Assembly: GCA_905193155.1 (NCBI GenBank)
Contig: CAJJNQ010000002.1
Location: 12,270-76,269 of the forward strand
Direction: 5' to 3'
Length of the DNA: 64,000 bases
From: an uncultured Christensenella sp.
GTDB lineage: Bacteria > Bacillota > Clostridia > Christensenellales > UBA1750
Position numbers and translations under genes: made by a program. The notes beneath the pieces were generated by a model. The model did no database searches. It worked only from the letters and a program-made list of their open reading frames with translations, and was not told where the DNA came from. Each line of letters begins with the position of its first letter. Position 1 is the first letter of the stretch. Of this stretch, positions 57,518 through 64,000 are shown one piece after another.

Positions 57518-57964
57518 TTACAGCAGACGAATGGGGAAGCAGAGCATCTCCACGCCGTCAGCCATTTCGGCGCGTTCCTGAATGGCTGCGGCCAGTGTAA
57601 GGCCTTCGGTCTTCAGATGCGCCATCATCTGCGTCATGGCGTCCGGATGCTGCGGCGTGCAGAGACATTCCATCGCGGGAAGCTCCCAGCGCGTCCATCC
57701 GTCGGGCGCGGCGGAATCCGGAAGCACCTGTGCGCCAGCAAGATACAGCCCGTGCGAGAAAACGTCCGTCCAAGGCGCGAAGGTACGGAAAAAGTCGCTC
57801 ATCGCGCCGTAAAGCACGAGCGGCTGCACGGTCATGGAACGAATCTCCTCAAAGTGTGCGTTGGCCTCCGTCCATAAGCGCTGAACAAAGCCTTCGCCTT
57901 CCTCGGTTGAGCCTTCGCGGCCGATCACCGTACAGGCAGGAAAAGTGCGCCGGGTGATGTCCAT
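57518..57964 (-). CDS. GyrI-like / effector-binding-domain small-molecule-binding protein
   Basis: 148 aa with a pattern similar to AraC-E_bind/SbmC-like proteins (VIGREG....G...LW...NAHF, YG.., WELPA). RBS AAGGAGGGAG. Confidence 0.6.
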   Translation of the reverse strand: MDITRRTFPACTVIGREGSTEEGEGFVQRLWTEANAHFEEIRSMTVQPLVLYGAMSDFFRTFAPWTDVFSHGLYLAGAQVLPDSAAPDGWTRWELPAMECLCTPQHPDAMTQMMAHLKTEGLTLAAAIQERAEMADGVEMLCFPIRLL

Positions 57965-58000
57965 CTGGACTCCCTCCTTAAAATGAATGGAGTATAGAAA

Positions 58001-58279
58001 TCAGTTTTTCTTCCAGCGCTTGAGATACGGGAAGAATTGGTTCATCTGCGCGCGGGCGGCCTCCGCCGGAAGCCCCGGCATCTGGCGCGTCAGAACCGGT
58101 ACGCAGAAGTCGATCATCTGTTCCATCGTGCAGTCGGAGGTAAAGGCGCCGTCCTTGTAGCAGTAGATGCAGTAATCGTGAGCCTTGGCGCCATCCTTTT
58201 CCGTGCCCAGCAGGCTTTCGTCGGTCAGCGGCATGCCGCAGCTCTGGCAAAAAGACGTGTTCGGATTGTGCTTTTCCAT
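58001..58279 (-). CDS. Zinc-ribbon domain module (92 aa) with its own RBS and ATG, in frame with the upstream WYL regulator ORF
   Basis: MEKHNPNTSFCQSCGMPL..YCIYCY (CxxC..CxxC). AGGAGGA 7 nt upstream of the ATG at 58279. There is no stop codon separating it from the WYL ORF. Confidence 0.5.
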   Translation of the reverse strand: MEKHNPNTSFCQSCGMPLTDESLLGTEKDGAKAHDYCIYCYKDGAFTSDCTMEQMIDFCVPVLTRQMPGLPAEAARAQMNQFFPYLKRWKKN

Positions 58280-59248
58280 GGGAATGTCCTCCTGTGTTTG
58301 AGATGAATACAGGATAGCATCCAAATCCTGACAACAGTCTGTCAGCTTTTCGTAGAGCGATAAAGTTTTCTTCAGCCGTTCCGCAAGCGCACTGCGCAGA
58401 AACGGCGGGCCGAGCACTTCCAGATGCGGCCCGAAGGATTGCAGGTAGCCCAGCAGCCAATCGTCCACGGGAAAGCGAGAATGTACGATCCAGCTGCCGT
58501 CTGCGCACTTTTCACGCTGATCGGGATCAAATTCATCCAGCACGCGGTAGGTCATGGCGGAATCGATGCGCAGCGTGAGCAGCGGAAGAACGTGCAGGCT
58601 GTTCGTACCGTAGAGAGAATCGGCAGACGAGGGCGGCACTGCAGAGGGAATAAAGCCCTCGTCCGTTACGCGGAGATGATCCATGCGCGTCAGACGGAAG
58701 GTGCGCATCTCTTGAGCCGAACGGCAGTAGGCATAAAGATACCAGGCACGGCTGCGGAAGCGCAGCTGAACCGGCTCGGCAGAGCGATGAGTTTTTTCGC
58801 CGTAGGAAGAATAATAGTCGAATTCCACAACGCGGCGGTCTAAAATCGACTGGCGAAGCTGCACGAAGATCTCGCGATGAGCATCGCTCCAATCGGAAAA
58901 ATCCACATCGATCCACGGCACGGACGCAGCGCCGAGTGTTGCGCTGAGTTTGTCCACTGTTCCGGAATCCAGCGCGCCACCTGCAGCATACAGGCTTTGC
59001 ACGGCGGCAAGCACGTCCTGCCGCTCGCCCCGCGTGAGCAGCGCGCGGTCAAGCACAAAATCTTTGCGGAGCTTGTAGCCGCCGCCACGGCCGTGCTCGG
59101 CATAGAGCGGCACGCCCGCAGCGCTCAGTGCGTCGATGTCGCGGTAAACCGTGCGCTCCGAAATTTCAAAGTGCTCGGCAAGTTCCTTTGCCGTCGCGCT
59201 GCCGCGCCCGACCAGCCAATAGAGCATTTCAAACAGCCTTTGACGCAT
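58001..59248 (-). CDS. YafY-type HTH-WYL transcriptional regulator, read through into a C-terminal zinc-ribbon domain
   Basis: N-terminal HTH ATAKELAEHFEISERTVYRDIDAL, WYL region EPVQLRFRSRAWYLYAYC, and a WCX-like tail. ATG at 59248 with RBS AAAGGAGA. A single open frame runs to 58001. Confidence 0.75.
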   Translation of the reverse strand: MRQRLFEMLYWLVGRGSATAKELAEHFEISERTVYRDIDALSAAGVPLYAEHGRGGGYKLRKDFVLDRALLTRGERQDVLAAVQSLYAAGGALDSGTVDKLSATLGAASVPWIDVDFSDWSDAHREIFVQLRQSILDRRVVEFDYYSSYGEKTHRSAEPVQLRFRSRAWYLYAYCRSAQEMRTFRLTRMDHLRVTDEGFIPSAVPPSSADSLYGTNSLHVLPLLTLRIDSAMTYRVLDEFDPDQREKCADGSWIVHSRFPVDDWLLGYLQSFGPHLEVLGPPFLRSALAERLKKTLSLYEKLTDCCQDLDAILYSSQTQEDIPMEKHNPNTSFCQSCGMPLTDESLLGTEKDGAKAHDYCIYCYKDGAFTSDCTMEQMIDFCVPVLTRQMPGLPAEAARAQMNQFFPYLKRWKKN

Positions 59249-59351
59249 GGCGGATCTCCTTTCGGAACGGATTGAGATTTTATGCATCCTGTGGTATGCT
59301 GAAGAGCAGAGAAGACGACTCGGCAGGGTCAGATTTAGAGGAGGAACTGTT

Positions 59352-60269
59352 ATGCCGAATATACTGGTGATCGGCTCGATCAATATGGACATGGTGGCGC
59401 GCATCGACCACATTCCGCTTCAGGGGGAGAGCGTGCTGGGCGAGGGTTATTCCTTCAATCCCGGCGGCAAGGGTGCAAACTCCGCTGTGGCGGCGGCGCG
59501 TCTGGGAGGCAAGGTTTCCTTTGCCGGCTGCGTCGGTAGGGACGATTACGGCAAAGCGCTGCGCAAGGTGCTCCAGGATGAAAACGTGGACGATGCGCTG
59601 CTAGCGGAAACTGCGGACGCGCCCACGGGCTACGCGCCGATTCTGGTGCAGAAAAACGGGCAGAACGGCATCATCGTGTTTCCCGGCGCGAACCAGCGCA
59701 TTGACCCTGCGGATGTGCCTGCGATGTTCGACCGCCCGGTGGACGCGGTGATGATGCAGCTGGAAATTGCGCCCGAAATCGTGTTCCTCGCCTCGCAGGA
59801 GGCGGAAAAGCGCGGCATTCCGGTGATTCTGGATGCGGGCCCCGCGCAGGCTTTCCCGGTGGAGAAGGTGAAATCCCTGTTCATCCTCTCGCCCAACGAG
59901 ACGGAAACCACGGCGCTGACCGGTCTGCCTGTCGAAACCGAGGAGCAGACCCGCGCGGCTGCGCAGGCGCTGCTGAAAAAATCCGCAGCGAAATATGTGG
60001 TCATCAAGATGGGAGCGCGCGGTGCGTATGTGCTGGGGCAGGGCGTGGATCAGATGGTGCCGTCGTTTAAGATCCATGCGGTCGACCCCACAGCGGCGGG
60101 CGATACCTTTACCGGCGCGATGACGCTGGAATACCTACGCTGCGGCGATATCCTGCGCGCGGTGCGCTACGGCTGCGCGGCGGGCGCGCTGGCGGCGACA
60201 AAGCTCGGCGCACAGCCCTCGCTGCCGACGCAGCTGGAGGTGGAGCGGTTTCTTGCGGAAAGAAGCTGA
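59352..60269 (+). CDS. rbsK: Ribokinase
   Basis: GSINMDMV, GGKGANSAVAAARLG, and the C-terminal DPTAAGDTFTGA PfkB signature. RBS GAGGAGGA. Confidence 0.9.
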   Translation: MPNILVIGSINMDMVARIDHIPLQGESVLGEGYSFNPGGKGANSAVAAARLGGKVSFAGCVGRDDYGKALRKVLQDENVDDALLAETADAPTGYAPILVQKNGQNGIIVFPGANQRIDPADVPAMFDRPVDAVMMQLEIAPEIVFLASQEAEKRGIPVILDAGPAQAFPVEKVKSLFILSPNETETTALTGLPVETEEQTRAAAQALLKKSAAKYVVIKMGARGAYVLGQGVDQMVPSFKIHAVDPTAAGDTFTGAMTLEYLRCGDILRAVRYGCAAGALAATKLGAQPSLPTQLEVERFLAERS

Positions 60270-60711
60270 TGATCTGATCCTGCGCCCCTTCCGGGCGGAG
60301 GACGTGAAAGACGCACTGCGGTATTTGTCAGATCCCGTGACGATGCGCTTTATCGAGCTGCCGTTTGACGAAGAAAAGACGGAAGCCTTCCTCAGGCAGT
60401 GCGCGCTGGGGAAAAATCCGCCTGTACTTGCAGTGGAAGAAGCGGGCGAGGTGATCGGCCACGCCATCTTTCATCCGTTTGACGGGGAGAGCTGGGAAAT
60501 TGGCTGGGTGCTGCGCAGCGACCGCTGCGGATACGGCATCGGTACAGAAATTGGGCAGCGGCTTCTGACGCTTGCCCGCCGGAAGGGCGTTTCCTTCCTG
60601 AAGGCGGAAGCCGTGCCGGAAAATGCTGCCAGCCGCGCTCTGCTGGAAAAGCTCGGCTTTTCCATTTGCGGGAAAGCGGATGGCTTGTTGCTGTATCAGA
60701 GAAAGGTTTAG
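60253..60711 (+). CDS. GNAT-family N-acetyltransferase
   Basis: LILRPFRAEDV N-terminus, and GYGIGTEIGQRLLTLARRKG..NAASRALLEKLGF. The TTG start overlaps the end of rbsK. Confidence 0.75.
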   Translation: MRKEADDLILRPFRAEDVKDALRYLSDPVTMRFIELPFDEEKTEAFLRQCALGKNPPVLAVEEAGEVIGHAIFHPFDGESWEIGWVLRSDRCGYGIGTEIGQRLLTLARRKGVSFLKAEAVPENAASRALLEKLGFSICGKADGLLLYQRKV

Positions 60712-60713
60712 AC

Positions 60714-60744
60714 AAAGAGGCCGGAGCATATCCGGCCTCTTTTC
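60714..60744. terminator. Bidirectional terminator
   Basis: aaagaggccgga-gcata-tccggcctcttt. Confidence 0.8.
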
Positions 60745-60745
60745 A

Positions 60746-61747
60746 TCATGCTTTGGCAGCGTTTTCCGGAAGCGCGCCGTCCAGCAGGAAGCCGAACACG
60801 GCTTGCAGATAGGGCCGCAGCTGCGCATTTGGGGAGCGATAGATTTCATGCTTGACGCCGGAGACGCGGCAGAGGTGCGCGCATTCTACGCTGCGGACGA
60901 ACGCCTCCTGCCCCTCCGGCCGCACGAGCGCATCCCATTCCGCCTGCATCACCAGCGTCGGCGTTTGAATTTTTGCCAGCTCTTCAGGCTTTAGAATGCG
61001 CTTTTGCGCGCGCAGGCTTTCCCAGATCCAGCGGTAGCTGGCGGCGTTGGTGCGCAGCGCGGGGTTGTCGCGCCGCAGGGCGGTATACCAGGCAAAGCGC
61101 TCCGGGCTGGTGCAGCAGGAGGCTTCAAACTTTTCTTCCGGAGAATAGGGCTTTTGCACCCAGAAGCGGCGCTTACCCTGACCGGTCAGCACAAAGAAGC
61201 CGGAGAGCAGCAGGCCGAGAGACGGCGTTGCGGGCGCGGTGTTCATCGAGAGCATGGGCGAGGAGAGCACGCAGCGCGCAAAGAGATTCGGATAAAGTTC
61301 CAGCACGCGCGCGGCGATGGCGCCGCCCATCGAATGACCGAGCAGCAGCATTTCGCAGTCGGTGGGCAGCTTATCACGGACGGACAGCGCTGCTGCGCAT
61401 AAATCCTGCGCGTAATCGTCAAAATGCTGAATGTAGACGATGGTGCCGTCCCTGGCGCCCTCGCGCAGCGAATGGCCGTGGCCGCGATGGTCGGGACAGA
61501 GCACGCTGACGCCCTGCGCCAGCAGATACCAGACGATTTCCTGAAACTTCAGCCCGCTTTCGCAGAAGCCGTGGGAAATCACCACGCATTTTCGGGCGCT
61601 TTTTGCTTCGTAAAAACGGCAGCGGATCGTGCCGCCGCCCATTACGGGCAGGTCAAATTCCGTGAGGTGCGCTGACAGCGCGGGGATCACGGTTTTATTC
61701 ATGATTTGGTCGTATTGGGTTTCGTCGAGCAGTTGAATCGGAAGCAT
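60746..61747 (-). CDS. Alpha/beta hydrolase (lysophospholipase/monoacylglycerol-lipase-like)
   Basis: HGFCES, nucleophile elbow LLGHSMGG, and a C-terminal His region. ATG at 61747 after AAAGGAG. Confidence 0.85.
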   Translation of the reverse strand: MLPIQLLDETQYDQIMNKTVIPALSAHLTEFDLPVMGGGTIRCRFYEAKSARKCVVISHGFCESGLKFQEIVWYLLAQGVSVLCPDHRGHGHSLREGARDGTIVYIQHFDDYAQDLCAAALSVRDKLPTDCEMLLLGHSMGGAIAARVLELYPNLFARCVLSSPMLSMNTAPATPSLGLLLSGFFVLTGQGKRRFWVQKPYSPEEKFEASCCTSPERFAWYTALRRDNPALRTNAASYRWIWESLRAQKRILKPEELAKIQTPTLVMQAEWDALVRPEGQEAFVRSVECAHLCRVSGVKHEIYRSPNAQLRPYLQAVFGFLLDGALPENAAKA

Positions 61748-61901
61748 GAACGGCTCCTTTCCGCCGAAAGGGCGGCGCATTCTTTTATTCCACTATATCA
61801 CAAACGGCTGCGAAAATGCGACAGTTTTGTCAACTTTTCCCCGGGAATGAAGCGCAGAGTCTCCGCGCACAATAAGGGCGGTGCAAGGAGGCGGGATGGG
61901 G

Positions 61902-62738
61902 ATGAGAAAGGTTTGGACGATTGCGGCGGCTGCGGCGGTCTGCGCGGCGCTCGTACTGACCCGGCAAAAGCCGGTGCAGTATCGCTGCGCGGCGGTGGAG
62001 GTGCGCGAAATAGCGGTGTGCGTCGAGGCGGTCGGGACGGTGAACTTCGCGCAGACGCGTGCGCTGAATGTTCCGGCGGCGGGCACGGTGGCCCGCGTTT
62101 TTTTGCAGGAGGGCGACGCGGTGCAGGAAGGGCAGGCGGTGGCCGAGCTGACTCCGCTAACCGAAGATTGGGAGAAACTCCGCAACCTGGCAGGGGAAAA
62201 GGCGGAAAGCGCCGAATTCAATGAGCAAATGCTGAAGGTCTGTACCCTGCGCGCACCTGCGGATGGCGTTCTTTATTCTCTGCCGATCTACCCCGGCGCG
62301 GCGGTCACGCCCGGCATGGCGGCGGGCGCGGTGGTTTCGCAGGAGAAGTGCGTCAAGGCGCTGGTGCCGGAAAGCGCGATGGAGCAGCTCAAAGTCGGGC
62401 AAGCCGCTTCGGTGACGCGCGCGGGAAAGGAATATGCCGTGAGCATCTCAAAAATCGCGCCGTCGGATGCGCAGGCCGGGCAGATCGAAATTACGCTGAC
62501 CGGCGACGCGCTGCGCCGGCTTTCGGCGGGAATGCGCGCTGACGTGCGCATTGTGCTGGAACAGTGCACCGCGCCCTCGGTACCGCTGGAAGCTTTGCGG
62601 GCGGACGGAGCGGTGCTGTGTGTGACGGAAAGCGGCGCGGTGGCGGTTCCGGTGGAGACAGGGCTTTGCTCGGAGCGCTACGTGCAGCTGGTGGAAGGGC
62701 CGCCGGTGGGCACGCAGGTGGCGCTGGGGGAGGCGTGA
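61902..62738 (+). CDS. Efflux periplasmic adaptor (HlyD/MacA-like membrane-fusion protein), short form
   Basis: N-terminal TM anchor, a lipoyl-like motif (GTVARVFLQEGDAVQEGQAVAEL) and beta-barrel-like repeats. The start is ambiguous among 61881, 61896 and 61902. Confidence 0.7.
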   Translation: MRKVWTIAAAAAVCAALVLTRQKPVQYRCAAVEVREIAVCVEAVGTVNFAQTRALNVPAAGTVARVFLQEGDAVQEGQAVAELTPLTEDWEKLRNLAGEKAESAEFNEQMLKVCTLRAPADGVLYSLPIYPGAAVTPGMAAGAVVSQEKCVKALVPESAMEQLKVGQAASVTRAGKEYAVSISKIAPSDAQAGQIEITLTGDALRRLSAGMRADVRIVLEQCTAPSVPLEALRADGAVLCVTESGAVAVPVETGLCSERYVQLVEGPPVGTQVALGEA

Positions 62739-62742
62739 CGGC

Positions 62743-63903
62743 ATGAATTTTGCGGATACGCTTCGCTCGGCGGCGCAGTCGCTGCGCGCACATCTCACCC
62801 GTTCGTCGCTGACGGTGCTGGGGCTGTCCATCGGTGTGGGCGCGAGCATCGCCATCGGTTCGCTGGGCACGGCGGCGGTGCGCGAGGTGCGCGGCGAAAT
62901 GTCCCGCTTCGGCGTGGATCGGGTCTGGGTGGAAGGCAATGCGGGCAACGCGCGCGGGCTGGAGGAGAGCGACGTGCAGGCGCTGCGGGCGCTCGGCGAT
63001 GCGGCGGCCCCCGTGAGCCTGGGCGCGGCCAAGGCTCAGGCGGGCTTAAAGAGCGCTTCCTGCGTCCTTGTGGCCACGACGGCGGACTATTATGGCATCG
63101 AAAATCTGCATCTCGCTTCCGGAAGGTTCCTGATGGCGCAGGATGAAGAACACCTGCTGCACACTGTTGTATTGGAAGATACGCTGGCGGAGGCGTTGTT
63201 CGGGCAGAGCGATCCGTTGGGGTGGAGCGTCACGGCGGGCGGCGTGCGCTGCACGGTCGTGGGCGTGCTGGAAACCTATTCTTCCCCTTATTTTGCCGGA
63301 GACGGCAAGCCCAAGGCCTATCTGCCCGCAGGCGTGTGGCGGCAGAGCACGGGGCGAAGCGGCGCGGATGAAATCGTGCTGCGCGCGCCGGGAGCGGATG
63401 TTGGCTACACTGCTTCACTGGCCAAGGCGGCGCTTCAGGCTCTTCATCCGGCGGGGGACGGCTTTACCGTGTCCTCCATGGCGGAGCAGATCGAATCGTC
63501 CGAAAGGATTCTTTCTATTGTAACGACGGTGCTGGCCGTCGTGGGGGCAATCTGCATGATGACCGGCGGCGTGGGCGTGATGAATGTGATGCTGACCTCG
63601 GTGCGTGAGCGGCGGCGGGAGATCGGCATCCGCAAGGCGCTGGGCGCACGCGACCGGGAGATCTTTGCACAATTCTTCTGTGAGGCGGCGCTCTACGGTG
63701 CGTTGGGCGCGGCGGCGGGCAGCGCGATGGGCTTTTTGCTCACCTATGCGGGGGAGAGCATTGTGGGCGTGCCCGCACCCATGCAGGGCTGGGCGGTGCT
63801 GCTGGCGGTGGGCTTTTCCTGCGGCGTCGGCGCGGTCAGCGGTATACGCCCCGCCATGCGCGCGGCGGCGGTCCCGCCGGTGACGGCAATGCGCCAAATG
63901 TAA
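62743..63903 (+). CDS. ABC transporter permease (MacB/FtsX-like)
   Basis: 386 aa with TM1, a large extracytoplasmic domain, and a C-terminal FtsX-type 3-TM bundle with VRERRREIGIRKALGA. Confidence 0.85.
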   Translation: MNFADTLRSAAQSLRAHLTRSSLTVLGLSIGVGASIAIGSLGTAAVREVRGEMSRFGVDRVWVEGNAGNARGLEESDVQALRALGDAAAPVSLGAAKAQAGLKSASCVLVATTADYYGIENLHLASGRFLMAQDEEHLLHTVVLEDTLAEALFGQSDPLGWSVTAGGVRCTVVGVLETYSSPYFAGDGKPKAYLPAGVWRQSTGRSGADEIVLRAPGADVGYTASLAKAALQALHPAGDGFTVSSMAEQIESSERILSIVTTVLAVVGAICMMTGGVGVMNVMLTSVRERRREIGIRKALGARDREIFAQFFCEAALYGALGAAAGSAMGFLLTYAGESIVGVPAPMQGWAVLLAVGFSCGVGAVSGIRPAMRAAAVPPVTAMRQM

Positions 63904-64000
63904 CGTAACTGTAATATAAAAGAAAGAAATGTACCGTATTGCGAAATCGCAAAAAAATCTAGGAAGCAGTGCAAAAAAAACGAGGCACATTTTTGTGCAA

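Overview
The window is a 64-kb chromosomal segment from a high-GC (roughly 60% by eye, not computed) spore-forming Firmicute. It looks like Clostridia or Oscillospiraceae, because it carries spmAB, a SCIFF ranthipeptide locus, and T-box and M-box leaders. It is mostly core housekeeping, with about 63 protein genes and no rRNA, tRNA, CRISPR array, transposase or integrase that I could recognise. Main blocks, in order:
- GH3 glycosidase.
- A DUF2089 gene followed by two glycine-rich repeat proteins.
- HAD hydrolase and prmA.
- An MFS / RraA-like / PHP / AGE-epimerase sugar cluster.
- A roughly 1-kb AT-richer island with a small Cys-rich ORF and a lipoprotein.
- VOC-rnr-secG.
- Three tandem M42 peptidases and an exported MBL protein.
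- marR, spmAB and comB.
- T-box-metG-tatD.
- queA-ruvBAC on the minus strand.
- argGH.
- The run tgt-yajC-SCIFF-scfB-secDF-recJ-apt-relA-dtd-MBL-hemZ.
- M-box-mgtE.
- An ABC-2 transporter.
- smpB.
- GH29 fucosidase.
- A WYL regulator / zinc-ribbon / GyrI-like module.
- rbsK, several GNATs, and a MacA/MacB-like adaptor and permease.

The best candidate for an undescribed system is the DUF2089 plus two beta-solenoid-like paralogues at 2805-5478. All three proteins share one SHOCT-like helix motif, and the region has a candidate operator. Secondary leads are the promoter / 34-aa Cys-rich peptide / lipoprotein unit in the AT-rich island, an atypical SCIFF precursor, an in-frame WYL/zinc-ribbon fusion, two decaying GNAT genes, and broken secG-rnr-smpB-ssrA and queA-tgt linkages.

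All family assignments come from reading motifs in the supplied translations. No database search, alignment statistic or covariance model was run. Many long ORFs in the track are antisense shadow ORFs typical of GC-rich DNA and were rejected.
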